From: Harriotta raleighana
Lineage: Eukaryota
Direction of reading: 5' to 3'
Assembly (NCBI GenBank): GCA_050575255.1
Contig: JBNZDD010013650.1
Span: 3,256,073 to 3,320,072 of the forward strand
DNA length: 64,000 nt
A program made the position numbers and the translations under genes. Under the pieces are notes generated by a model, which was not told where the DNA came from, did not search any database, and saw only the letters and a list, made by a program, of their open reading frames with translations. This document shows, piece by piece, positions 51,513-64,000 of the stretch. Within the stretch, counting starts at the first letter, position 1; each line of letters opens with the position of its first letter.

Positions 51513-54500
51513 AATCATAAGAATGATTACTGCAATGTATAAAGTATGTACAGATATGTCCATGCATTGATTCTCTCCCCTGAATGAGAAAAAAATCAAT
51601 AACTGGCTCCATCCTAGCATTTAAAAAATGATCACAAGGTGGAATAGTTCACAAATTGATTATATTTCATTTTTTGGAAAGATCTTTCATGATTATCACC
51701 AAATTGATCATTTAAAGTTTAAACAACTAAAGGCACAATTGGACCATGATACTGCATGACATTTGCTGTAATTTGAATTAACCAACCCTTTTCAGAAACT
51801 TAACCTTTACTCTTCGCTCCCATTCCCGGAAGAACGATGCAGTGAAGCAATACATATTGATTTCTCCCCACCCCAAGAGTGCTTGAGTGAAAATAATCCT
51901 GCTCATCTGTCACATTGAAGTGTTAACATGTAAGATTATAAGTATGCAAATTGATTGAGGATAACATGGAAATACAACACTTGTTAAGTATGACAGGCAG
52001 CAGGCTACTCACAAACCTATGTAATGAACTATTGATCAATAAATTTAGTTGGGGCTAACTTTAAAATAAGTTGATAGAATAGTAAAAGAAAATAGGAAGC
52101 AAGGAAATGCAGCTGCTGATTTGAATTACACTGCTTCCTGTAATTCGGGGGAAATAACACTCAAACTGTCTGATGCATTTAGAGTTCAAAGCTTACTCAA
52201 AATATTTTGGCTGTCAGGTTTGCTTAGCATAAGAGCCATTGCTACTGAAGAGTGTAGGACTGCAAGCAGCAACCAAGAGTGACTGAAAATAATAGTCATT
52301 GCGTTTTTTCACCTACCTGTATATTTCTTTTAATAGTACATTTCACATTGAATCAACTTCTGGAAGCAGTTAGGAATGATAGGGAGCACTGAAGCAAATG
52401 AGGAAAGGAGATTTTGAAATTATCTACCTAGCGTTTGTTTATTCACAATCTCAACTGCAATGTTTTTAGACACACAGGATACACTCTTTTTCCTGACTGA
52501 CATTCCCCTTTCTATAGTGTAATGAAAATGGACCAGGAAATTAAATAGGAAAATTGGGATAATCTATGTGTGAATTGGAACTAAAATTGTGTGAGCACTG
52601 GATAAAGTGCCAATAAATTTGAATGAGATGAAAGAAAATGAGGGAGAACTTTATGTGAAGGTATGGGTATAAGAACAGGAAATGTAAGTATGGCTGTAAC
52701 AGTTGTTAAGAACAACTCACCTAATCCAATTAAATCTTAACAATTCGATTGAATTTGATTGCAGCCAAATCCAGCAGCAGGATTTCTGAAGTTAGTTTAT
52801 AGGCGGTGAAAATAAGACTTGCTTTTGTCCCTGAACAGAAAAGAAATGGAAAATACTTTAGTACAGTAACTCTTTTAAGAAGGAAGCGAATACAAGGTTT
52901 ATTTTCTATACATCATCATATTCCCTCTCCAACACCCCACTCCAAACCCCCACCCACTCCACCACCATACCAATACTGTGCCTAAAAAGTTTAAAACCAA
53001 ACTGATGTGTTTTCTCATGAGGAGCTACTACTTTAGGGCATCCTTTCCACTCGATCACACTGTTGAACTATTCTCCAGACTACTATCTTTTTTATGTGAT
53101 CTTTGACTTCAGTTCTGCACCAAAATTACATCTTTGGAGGGAGATTATGGCTTATTGCTCAAGAGCACTGATTGTATCGCTTGGGAATGTAACTTTTGGC
53201 TATTTGTGTCAGTGTTGAGTGCTCCAAGATAAGATACAGTATAGGTTACAAACAGAATAACGCTCCCTCTACTCTGTTCCATCCAGCACACCCACAGCTA
53301 AACACCTTTAGATATCCATTCATGGCCATGTGAGTAGGAAGTAAACCCATTCTCTTTTCTCCCTGGACCTACCACTAAACAGTGCTGTTTCCTTTCACTG
53401 AGTCTCCAGACATTTATTTTCTAAGTAAATTAAATTCAGAAGGTGGGCACTGCTTTTTGGGAAAGTATGAGGTTTTGGCAAAACTTTTATTTTCCAGAAA
53501 ACTGTTTTAAAAAGGCGAGATTTGGATTTTCAGATATCCTTTGATGCCAGAAAATGCAACTTCAAAGGATAGGCAGCCTTAAATCTGAGTAAAAGCCGCC
53601 AATAGTTTATGACTGAATTGTGAATTATAATCCCTATAGGAGCTGCAATACAGTTCCTTAAAACTCCTCAATCTGGGAGAGTTTTGCTACTATTGCTTGC
53701 TATGGAATCTTTTGCACACTTTTTAAAATTGCTTTCTCCAATGTTTTCCTCAACTCTTCCTTTTCCTTTTCCCCTGCTCCATTTTCAAGGTACTGGTCCA
53801 TACTGACGATAATTCCATGGAAACCAGAGTAGTCAAATATTTTTTCTAATGGGCAATTTTGTGAGTCTGGATGGTATTGGCAGTTTGATTGCCATTGAAA
53901 TTCTGTCTATTCCAGCAATGTGCCTCGGCCCCTAACAATATGGATCAACTTCAGCTTCCTATCTCACACATCCCAAAGGGGGCTTGAATCCACAACTTTC
54001 TGGCTCAGATAAGAGTGCTGCCAGCTGACCAAGTCTGACACATGGAATTTGGTTTTGCTGTTAAACATCAACTGTTCTTCTTTCCCAGTACAGAGATACA
54101 CATCTCTTGTCTGATACACAAACCAATATTGTCATGTGCATCATTTAGTTACTACTTTGGTTTAAAGGAATGGCCATATCTGAGGCAGATCTGAATTGAG
54201 AAAATTAAGATATTACAAATAAATCAACTCATGGAAATTCCAATGGTAATACAATCTTTTAATGAGTCTACATATTCAGCCTTGAGCCAGCAAAGAGTTA
54301 ACAGTGAAATATCAGGAGCATTCTATCAAGTAGAGAATTTGGCATCAAATTTATATTTGGATCTGCAACGGTCCACATTACAAAGATGTGGATTTTTGAC
54401 TCCAGTTGGGTTTTGGGAGTATAGAGCTGTGGCTAAGAAGCAGAAGGTTCATTTCAGGCCAACATCACATTCCGATACTGATCTGAAGACTGAAGCTATA

Positions 54501-55794
54501 AATGTTTTTTTTAAACAATTTCACAAACATTCATATTGCTGTCTGAGATCCTTAGGGCAGAGGAACCTCTTGGGGGTCAGCTATAAATCCAATGGAATCA
54601 AATTCAGATCAAGTCACTGTGACACCAGGCTGAATATGAGAGCATCTGGCCAACACTAGACTGCATAAGGTAAACAGAAAATTAAGAAAGCAGCAATTGG
54701 CATGTTGAGTATGAAATTTTGGATTTGAAATAATTTGTGTAACACAATCTAAGAATCTCAGTCCTGCAAATAATTTCAACCATTAGCCTGAAATTTCTCC
54801 TAGTTTTAGCCTGTAAGGCAATTTGTGTCATGAAAGATTAAGATTATCCAAAATTGTATAAAATTCTTCAATTCATTCTTGATTTGTAATCGGTTCTTTT
54901 CAAGATCTCCAGGAAAACAGGTTCCAAATGAAGACTAAATTGAAACATGTTCCATTATACTGGGTAATTATGTGCACTAGGACACTACCCCACATGAAGG
55001 CACTATATCAATGCAAGTTGTTGTTGTAATCTGAATTTTGAAGGCAACATGGTTTCAAGGCTGGGTTTTATTTCCTGTTCACGGATGCTTTTATGAACCT
55101 TTTAGTTTGGTGGAGTTTAGTACACCTAATTTGTGGTAAGAGTGAAATCCTAACCTCAATTATTTATTGATGTGAGTTAATGATACATATTCTGTTTAGA
55201 GAAACATACCAGAATTTTATTTCAGTTCGGTGTTGATTGAGGATATAATAGTGTTCCCCGGAATCATTCTGAACTCTGGAGGGAATCGGTCACATAGTTT
55301 AGGAAATTTTCATTTCTGAACAAACACATGAGGATTCCTGAAGTGTGAAGTGTTCTTTTTTTAAGAGAGCGGACTTTTTTTTCTCCCTGTCGGTCATAAA
55401 TCAAGGTCTGTGTATTGCTAACTGCCAAAGAGACTGTGGCTTTAGGAGAAACACCACTAAATCACATTTTGGTTCAAGTGCCCAGCAGAGGCCACAGGCT
55501 GGAAACTTCCTGTGTGTGTTTGAGTTACGAAGTGAGTGAGAGAAGGGCCGTTGCTTGTGGAGACAGGTGTAGGCTGAGGCTTTGTGCCTAACCCATCTAC
55601 AGGAAATCCGGCCCAACCACTTGCTTAATGGACTGCTACTGATGAAGTAACTAGTCAGGACAGAGAAGGCAAATGCCCCTCTCAGCATGCTGGGTGCCAT
55701 CGATTCACTGATAATCATTTCTGTAAAAGAAAGAAAGCTATCACCTTTCCTCTGTTCCTTGCTCAAATGCTCAGTTAGTAAGCCGATTAGTATG

Positions 55795-56432
55795 CAACAA
55801 CAACAGCAAAATTACATTTTCAAAAATTACATTTGTGGAACACCTTTCATGTCAAGAGGACATCCCAAGCCTATGGACAGTCATGGAACAGGATCCGAGC
55901 ATGGTGGGGAGGTTTGGGATGAAGGGAGGGCAGAGAGGAAGGAGGGCAGCTGAAGGCACAGTCAAAGAGGAGGGTCTTGAGACCAGTCTTGAAGGAGACA
56001 AGGGAGAGCGCAAGGCAAAGGGATTGTGGGATTGAATTCCAAAGCATGAGGGCAGAGAGGCTGACGGTGGAGCCAATGATGGTGGAGCAGGCCGGAGCCT
56101 GCTGAACTGAAGGAGCAGGCAGGTTGATCAGCAGGTCAGAGAGGTAGAAGAGGGCAAGGCTGTAGAGGGCCTTGAAAGTGAGGACAAGGATCTTGAATTC
56201 TGAGGATTGGGGAGCCAGTGGAACCAGGCAAGGGTGGGAGTGATGTGGTCACAGTTTATGGTGCGGGAGAGGACATGAGCTGCAGTGTTTTGGATGAGCT
56301 GCAGCTTGTGGAGGAAAGAGTTGGGGAGGCTAAAGAGGAGGGAGTTGCCGTAGTCGAGCCTTGAGGTGACAAACATTCATGTAAGGGTTTCAGCGGCCTG
56401 AGGGATGAGGCAGTGACGGAGATGGGCGATTT
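55795..56432 (-). mobile_element. L2 3' fragment
   Basis: FVTSRLDYGNSLLFSLPNSFLHKLQLIQNTAAHVLSRT...HITPTLAWFHWLP. Tail caacaacaacagcaaaattacat. Confidence 0.9.
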
Positions 56433-57017
56433 TGTGGAACATAGGAACATAATGGATATAACAGTAAAACCTTTTTTTTTTTTGCCATTGATCACTATTG
56501 AATACAAATGGTGAGAACAGCATTGGATTTTGCTTTCATGCTGTGTGTTGTCCTCTAAACACTTATTGTTAATCAGTGCATAGGTGGCAGTCTGACGCAA
56601 GTCAGTACCTTCAGGAGTGGAAGGGAAAATTATTGGAGCACTGTACAAACCAAATAAGACAGCAAATGGTATGTACTGTTTGCAAACCTCAACATAAGTG
56701 TTTGAAGGGGCCAGATGCGTTTTAATTTTTTTACTCTCTGGAGTGTGCTGCATGGGTCAAAATGCCTCCAGTTCATGATATGGAATTTGATTTGTGTCTA
56801 AATGTGAACCGGCAGCACTATTTGAATTTGGCCCATTTAAAAGCCAGCCTCAGGCAAGTTTAATTTCATGCACATCATTTTCCTCTGCACAGATTCACAT
56901 GCCAAGAAACTTGAAACAAGTCATAAAATAGAATTGTGTTGCTGGATTGGATCATATTTATGTAGAGTACTGCAATGAAGTCTATCACACAGGTTGCTAA
57001 CAATTAATTAATAAAAT

Positions 57018-57140
57018 GTCCACGTTTCGCGCACAAGTGTACAGTCATTCACTTTACAGTATATTCTGTGAAGCGCTTTAAGAGATCTGGAAGATATGAA
57101 AAGCACTATATCAAATGTAAGGATTATTTATTTATTTATA
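57018..57140 (+). mobile_element. Family A SINE 3' fragment
   Basis: tacagtcattcactttacagtatattctgtgaagcgc...caaatgtaaggattattt. Confidence 0.85.
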
Positions 57141-57944
57141 ATTGTGATCACGTTTAGTTCACGTAGCAAAAATGTACATTTTCTGTAATTAGCCTGTGGT
57201 AGACTCCAGTAAATAAAATGCTACAGTAATCAGACACTCTCAATTGAAATAGGATCAATGTTCATTTCTGCAGCTAAACAATAGTCCCTACTCCTACATA
57301 TCTCTTGTATTCTCCTGGAGCTGAGTTGATCATGCTCTCTCCTCGTGAAGCATCTGATCTCTGTGCTGCGTTTCTAATGTACCTGAGATCATGTGGCAGT
57401 CATCGGGGCTGAACACAGTACCCCTGACTCATTATTCCTGCATCCGTGGCATGTGACTGAGGATCCCAGAGCTCTTGACATCAGTTGACTTAAGTCTTTG
57501 AGAAATGGGAAGTGCAATTGACTCCAAATGTCTGGTTCACAACATTGCTACAATACTGGAATATACACTGACTGGACTTGGGTTTTCTTTACTGTTCTTT
57601 GCCATTTTGCAGCAGTTGAGTGGTTAATGAGACTAAATCAGGACTCTTCCAACACCTGCCGTTCCTCACATTGTTTACCACTCTGGCAAAACTCCACAGA
57701 ACAAATAAAATACGGAGCACAAAACAGCTGCCCTTCCAGTCAGGGTAGCCCGACCAGCTGTGTGCTGTGAGTTTTTATTTGGGATTAGTATTCCAATTAA
57801 GGTTAAACTCTGATGATGTAGACAGCTGAGGGAATTGGCATTCACATGAAATGCCATTTATGTTTTCCTCCAACGCGCTGCATTTCATTACCATTTGCAA
57901 GGAAATATTCACTCGAACACAGACAGTTAAGAGATTGAACAGAA

Positions 57945-58278
57945 AAAAATGAAATTATAAAATGGTTTGAGAGGTAAATAGTGAAAGATGATTCCCATTG
58001 GTGGATGAAACAAGGGACATCAACTCTAGATCATTACTAGAAGCATAAAGGGGAGGTTAATTGAATTGTTTTCACATTAAGGTTATTTGCATGAGGAATG
58101 CATTATCACTGGAGGCTATTGAAGCCAATTATGTATATCATTTAAAGGGAAATTTGATGAACAGTTGAAGATTAAAGATATAAAAGGGTGTAGAGAAAAT
58201 AGAACTAAATGGGATTACAGAAGATATAACCTAGCACAGCAATATATAATGGACCAATGGCATGTCTGATTCTATGAT
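57945..58278 (+). mobile_element. Degraded CR1 3' end
   Basis: aagatgattcccattggtggatgaaacaagggacatc...ggaatgcattatcac...tttaaagggaaatttgat...tgattctatga. Confidence 0.65.
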
Positions 58279-58607
58279 GTTCTGCAGTTGACTTCAATTT
58301 CAGAACAAAAAACGCAAAGTTTGAATGCTGATAGATTGCGGTTACATGGATTCAAAACAAGTTAATCGGAGATTTGATAGAAATATTCGCGTTTATGAAG
58401 AGTTTCAGAATAAATAAATAGTGACAGACTATTTCACTGCTTAATAAAAAGGCTAGAAACATAAAGCTATGCTTCTGCAAGTTTGAGTGTTCCAGCATAA
58501 GGAAGTGTTCTGTACAGCATACCAGGCTGGAGTGAGGGATTCATATTGAAAGGTTTTGAGATAAGATGAGATAACCTTTTAGACAGAAGTCAAAATCATA
58601 TTAGGTT

Positions 58608-58865
58608 TCATTCAATTGGTAGCATTCACACTTTGTGTTCTTAAGATAGTGGGTTTGAGCCAGGACTTGAGTATTTAGGAAGTACCGTATTGTCAGAGAT
58701 GCTGTCCTTTGATTGTGATATTAAACCTAGCACTCATCTGCCTAGCACCTATCTGATGGATGTTAATCACCCAAAGATTAATTGGTACTATTTGCAGATC
58801 GCTCTCTGTCGTAGCCAATAATCCTCCCAATGTGAAAGGCGCTATATAAATGCAATTTGTTGTTG
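58608..58865 (+). mobile_element. Old family B (Deu-like) SINE, deleted
   Basis: tcaattggtagcattcac...gtattgtcagagatgctgtcctttgattgtgatattaaacc...ggatgttaa. Tail gtgaaaggcgctatataaatgcaatttgttgttg. Confidence 0.6.
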
Positions 58866-59444
58866 ATGAAGTGTGCTATGCAAAGGCAAGTTGTTGTTGT
58901 TTCTTAAAAAGGAAAAATCCACACCAATGGTGTAAAATATGCTGTGAATTTCACATCATGACTATGTTCTATTATTAGCCTGTAGATGCTGAAACCCGAG
59001 GAGGGGCAATATTTCACTTTCTTAAATAGAATATAACCAGCAACAGTGAGCTCTGTCCTTATCTAAGACCCATGTCAACATGATACTGATACTTTAACCT
59101 GACATCATAAACCAGACTGACTTTTATTGGCTTTGTCTGGCTTGGTACTGGGATTAGAGGATTCCAAATGAACTACAGAACCCTGTAGATCTATTTATCT
59201 ACTTAGGCTCTAGAGCGCGAAAACATATGTCTTCTATCAGAAACTATTTTATGTGGCCTCTCCCAGGATTAGGAAATGGCAGAGTGTGGAGGAATTAGTG
59301 GTAACTATAGGGAAACTTCATTATAGTGTGGTCAGATGGGTCTACTGTCTCATAGACTGTGTTATAAGTGAGGCCAACTTCCAGCTTGTCAGATTGCTAC
59401 TGATACATTTCCATTGCATTATGCGTAGTTCTCATCTTTCTCAA

Positions 59445-59600
59445 TACTCCTTGCCTGCCCCCGGCCATGAGTCTGCCCTGGGTCAAAGTCACAAATGACA
59501 TTCTGTCCATCTGCGTCCAGGCTGCTCTCTGCTGCCTCATTGCCCTTGATCTCTCTGCTGCCTTTGACAGTATTGTGTATTCTATCTTCCACCGCTTCTT
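59445..59600 (+). mobile_element. L2 RT fragment
   Basis: VKVTNDILSIC...CLIALDLSAAFDSI. Confidence 0.8.
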
Positions 59601-60484
59601 CCCTCTGCTTCATCCTGTTTTCACTCCTATCTATCCCAGCATCTCCACTCATTGAACAATTTATACCCCCCCACTACCATCACATGCGTATTCCTCACGG
59701 CTCTAATTTGACACTAAATTGGTCTATCACTGGACCACATAGTAAACGGATGAAAACAGAATTTGCTTCTGCTTCGGAATGGAATCTTCAATACTGTACT
59801 GTATATTGATAGATCCTGTAGTGGTAACATTGCTCTGTATCTAACATGTGCTGTACTTGACCTGGGATTATAGGATGGGCAACTGAAGAGAAGTCTCATA
59901 CTGTAGCTAATCTAGGTTCTGTCTGACACCCAAGGAGATATCTAACCTGTGCTGTACCTGCCTGACCTACAAATGCTGTGCATAGAAGTAAGCAAACATT
60001 CTGTTATGAATAATCTGTCAATCTATCGAGCAGAAATAGATTCATCTTTCTTTTCTCCCCCATAATGAAATATTCAAAATGTGTATAAATATGTGTGAAT
60101 GGCGAGGCCATTGAGCATAAAATAATATTTTTTTGTCCCAGGAGCTTGAAGACGATGTGAATTTGGCTTACAGCTATACAACTGTCATTCAAAAAGCTTT
60201 TATAGGCTGAAATTGTGAGCAGGTGTGGCTTAGGAATGCAGGAACTAAAGCACTAGAGAAATAACAAAGCCATGTGCCAAAATACGCACAAAAATTGGGT
60301 AACAATGTCTGCTCCTTCTCCAATAAAACAAAGTTTTCATGGGACATGAGTAAATTTGTAGCGCATTAGCAAATGTACAATATGTACTGAACCACTAACT
60401 TTCTGGTGATGTTCATGAAAAAAACTTTCTATCCATTACCATCTCCACCTTATGATAAGGTCCATTGTTCTTTCACTTATTATA

Positions 60485-60648
60485 ATAATTTGCCCACTCA
60501 ATCCACAACTTTTCGTGCACATTTGGCTGCTGCGTTTCACCCTCAAAATATAGGCAATTCACTTTACAGTATGTTCCGTGAAGAGACATCTTGAAGACGT
60601 GTAAAGGCACTATATCAAATGGAAGGATTCTTATTATCTTATTATTAT
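60485..60648 (+). mobile_element. Family A SINE 3' fragment
   Basis: cactcaatccacaac...ttggctgctgcgtttcacc...aggcactatatcaaatggaaggatt. Confidence 0.8.
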
Positions 60649-61524
60649 AGTGTTCCTTCTGTACAGTTCTTAAAAAAAACTTCCAAATTAAGGGTGAATT
60701 TAAGAATTTTCTTCAATTCTAATATTAAATTAAGACAAAAGTCTAGGTTGAATTTCAGGTAATTAAATCAGTAATTCCTTACTGACTAAATGACCAGCAT
60801 GCTGTAGCACTAAGCCATTCACATTCCAAAGGTTCCAGATATAATTCCTGGTTTGTGCAGTATCTAATTTTACCTGCAAGAGAGTTGGTAACATTGGAGA
60901 AAGTGATGGGGTGTGCTGGAATTTGCCTCAATGCCTCTGAGGAATGGAATAAATAAGATTACTCAGCTACAAATGTGTGTATATACTTGTATACAGTATA
61001 TACTTTCACATATTTTGACAATAAAATAAAGTATTATATCAAATGCAAGGATAATTATAAATGAAGACAAAGTAGTTGAGTGATGAGAATTTCATTTCAA
61101 CAATACAGTAGTTACTTTGACATTGGACATTGTAATAGTGAACCAAGTAATTTCTCATTCTCACTGCACAGCCTTGCACATGAAGAATGATCAAATGAGT
61201 AGGGAACCAGGGAGTAGCTCAATTAATGGGACCAAGAGGTTAACAGATTGCATGAACATCAAACAGCCAGCAGAGAGTGTAGGGCAGCAGTTCAGGCTCT
61301 GAAAATCAGAGCCTGAACTGCAACCCTGCACTATTGGAACACATTCATTGAATAGCCAAACTTCAGTTATCCTGTGTCTTGACTGTTACAAAGCTCCTGA
61401 GTATGTGGGATACAGATGTTCACAGGTTATTCATTTTCAGGTAAAACTCTTAACTTGCTGACAGACAACAACAAATTGTATTTTTATAACAAGTTATATT
61501 GCCCCTCAAGCAAGGTAGCAGTCC

Positions 61525-61710
61525 AACGACAACAACAACAAAATTACATTTCTAGAGCGACTTTCAGTTCGGAGGATGTCCCAAGGCCCAGTGCACTTTA
61601 CAGTGACAGAACACGATGCCGAGCCGGGTGGGGATGACCATAGGCACGGTCGAAGAGGAAGATCTTCAAGGGTGATCTTATGGTGAAGAAAGAAGGGGCA
61701 AGGATAGATG
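61525..61710 (-). mobile_element. L2 3' end fragment
   Basis: caacaacaacaaaattacatttctagagcgactttcagttcggaggatgtcccaagg...ggcacggtcgaagagga. Confidence 0.75.
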
Positions 61711-62569
61711 ACGAGTATTTCAGTGCACAGCTGGGCCAGATTAATAAAGTCTAGTCCACTGCAAGTGAGTCCTGCAAAATCTTAAGACATTGACAAGACA
61801 AAGGTCTGTGGTGTGTTTTTCTTGCTGTGGTGTGATAATGTTTGCCATTCAGTTCATTCTCTTTAGCGAGGAACCCATTTAAAAAAGTGACACCTGTAAA
61901 ACCATCAACAGTCGTCAATTCTGTCATTATCAAGCAAAAGTGTAGAGGAAAGCTCTGGGGAAATTATTCACCTCCAAATTTAGTTCAGTTGCATACTGGG
62001 CTTTGGAATCTGTAGGCCGAGGACAAAGTGAAAGGAATTCTTCCCGATATAAATAATTTTGTCTCTTTGTGCTGCTTTGATCTTATGAATGAAAATGATG
62101 ACTGAAAGGCCAGTGATTAATGTTGAAGAAAGCTTAGCATCTCTGGCCAGGTTGTAATGTGACTAAGCCACACAAATACCTTTAGGCTCAATGCTGCTGG
62201 TGTAACAAAAGATACATTTATTCAATGCAGTCAGTGGTTTGGGAACTTTGCAATATGTGGACAATATGGTGGTGCAGTGAATGTACTTAGAGAATAATAT
62301 GGAAAGAATTAATTAGAAAACACACTACTGAAAAATAGAGATAAAGTAGTAGATGTTTGCAGCAGAACAAGTGATGGAGATAAGGAATTTCACATTGAAA
62401 CAGACGCAGGTAGTCTGTCCAGCATTAATCAAGAAACCTAAAAAGTTCTAACAATTTGAGTTTTGCGAAGGAGAAACAGCCCAAGAGAGGCTGTTATACA
62501 AATCTCCTTTTATGTCAAGAGCTGATTGCAATTCTGTAACCACTATAAGAGGGATTTTACCATACATTA

Positions 62570-62843
62570 GCTTCTTCCTTGCAGCCTGTGTTGGTTTCTG
62601 CAGCCCTGGGCTATGACAGTCTCACCATTTGGCCTAAGCTTCCACTCACACTGTGCTTTAACAAAGGGTCAGACAAAAAAACCTCCATTATTTTAAAAAG
62701 TCTGAACAGTTCGACTGATGTGGTATTTTCAGGCTCATTACAGCTGAAATGGCAGCTGTAAATGTATCATCATCAGTAAAATGGAAAGACAGGAAAACTC
62801 TGTTATAACAAACTGTGTTATTCCAGACTGCTTGTTCCCATCA
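62570..62843 (+). repeat. Unclassified interspersed repeat, copy 2 (copy 1 at 45890-46203)
   Basis: Same blocks in the same order as copy 1, but lacking a central segment of about 40 bp. Confidence 0.85.
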
Positions 62844-62964
62844 TCTTTCTCCCATGGAAATCAACAAATCAAACCTTAAAACAGCAAGAAAGTCATTGGA
62901 GTTTATGAGGGTGAAGTGTGTTCATAGTGTAAAATTTGTATTCATTACCTCACACCGTCTAACA

Positions 62965-63278
62965 CAATGGTGGGCAACCTTTATGGTCGGCCAACAAATG
63001 ACATATTGAATGATTGAATATTTCTTGATAAATGCCATAAATCAAGAAACATTCAATCAAGAAAAAACTGAAAACAAACTACTGTATAATAATATATAAA
63101 AATAATCCTTGCATTTGATATAGTGCTTTTCACGTCTTATCGACGTCTCAAAGCGCTTCACAGAATATACTGTAAAGTGAATTGACTGTATATTTGTGGG
63201 TGAAATATTATCAATTGATAGGCAGAAAACATGGACTTCCCCACTTCTGGCAGGCAGGCCACAGGTTGTCCACCACTG
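62965..63278. mobile_element. Probable hAT (Charlie-like) non-autonomous element with a nested SINE tail
   Basis: Left end caatggtgggcaacct; reverse complement of the right end cagtggtggacaacct (14/16 match). The 8-bp flanks gtctaaca and atttgacg differ only by transitions. Confidence 0.6.
63088..63205 (-). mobile_element. Family A SINE 3' fragment nested in the hAT-like element
   Basis: ataatccttgcatttgatatagtgcttttcacgtc...aagcgcttcacagaatatactgtaaagtgaattgactgtatatttgtggg. Confidence 0.88.
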
Positions 63279-63804
63279 ATTTGACGGTTAACATTTTTCT
63301 TTTTAGCTATATTTTTTTTCCTCTTCTGTAAGTATTGGCTTCCCTTGGTATGGTTTTGTAAGTTCCGGCAGCCTACTGGATACCTCACTCAAGTTTCTGT
63401 TCTTTACCTGTGCGTCTAGATGGGCAGAAAATATATACATGTGTGTGTGGTACCAGGCTGGTACTATTCACTCACTCATATATTTTTCTGGCTCAATTGT
63501 CGCCATTCCTCCCTCCCCCAGCCCAAGGGTCTTAAGATCTATTGTTAAAATCAACTAACACAATGCAGACCAAGAATCAAATTGCACACAGCACAACAGT
63601 CAGCTACAATGGCCCACCCAGACAATTACACCACTCACCAGGGAGGTCTATAACCCCTTCCACAAAGCTCACTCTATCCCACATTATAACTCACAGGGTG
63701 CACAAAAACATGTTGTGAAGCAGAACAATAGATAAATGTATAAGCATGTGTGGTAACTGAGAACCACTGCTTTCAGTAAAGACTCTGTCTCACTTCTCCC
63801 CTAG

Positions 63805-63879
63805 ATTGTGAATCCTACTGCAAGCCTCCAAAAGGAAACCTGAAAATCAATATGAAAAAGTATTGCAAGAAAGATTACG
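63805..63879 (+). CDS. NTN3: Netrin exon encoding the start of the NTR/C345C domain (75 nt, phase 1-1); missed by the ORF track
   Basis: Acceptor cacttctcccctag| and donor G|gtaagt. Translates (D)[24 protein letters not shown]. The last coding exon lies downstream of the window. Confidence 0.95.
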
Positions 63880-64000
63880 GTAAGTTCAATTCATATTGGA
63901 TCCCCTCCTGTTGTTGGCACGATCACATGTATTACAGAAATAGCACAAAACATAAAAATGTGCAGAAAATATGGATGCCAGCACATAGCATGGTAGTTAC

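Overview
Vertebrate genomic DNA. The repeat content points to a cartilaginous fish, possibly a chimaera, which is an inference. The whole window lies inside one + strand netrin gene. Four short coding exons are visible: laminin-EGF V-2 (12074-12262), laminin-EGF V-3 (28918-29067), the 54-nt linker (43199-43252) and the start of the NTR/C345C domain (63805-63879). They are separated by introns of 16.7, 14.1 and 20.6 kb. Diagnostic residues favour the netrin-2/NTN3 paralog over NTN1. The introns hold many copies of a tRNA-derived SINE with an L2-type tail, older Deu-domain-like SINEs, L2 and CR1 LINE fragments, a probable hAT MITE and a possible Helitron remnant. A 1.74-kb near-perfect duplication flanks a 10-N gap and is probably an assembly artefact. 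The most unusual sequence-level signals are several local inverted duplications and hairpins. Almost all ORFs in the supplied track are spurious or repeat-derived. I found no convincing novel multi-gene system. Repeat boundaries are read by eye and are approximate.
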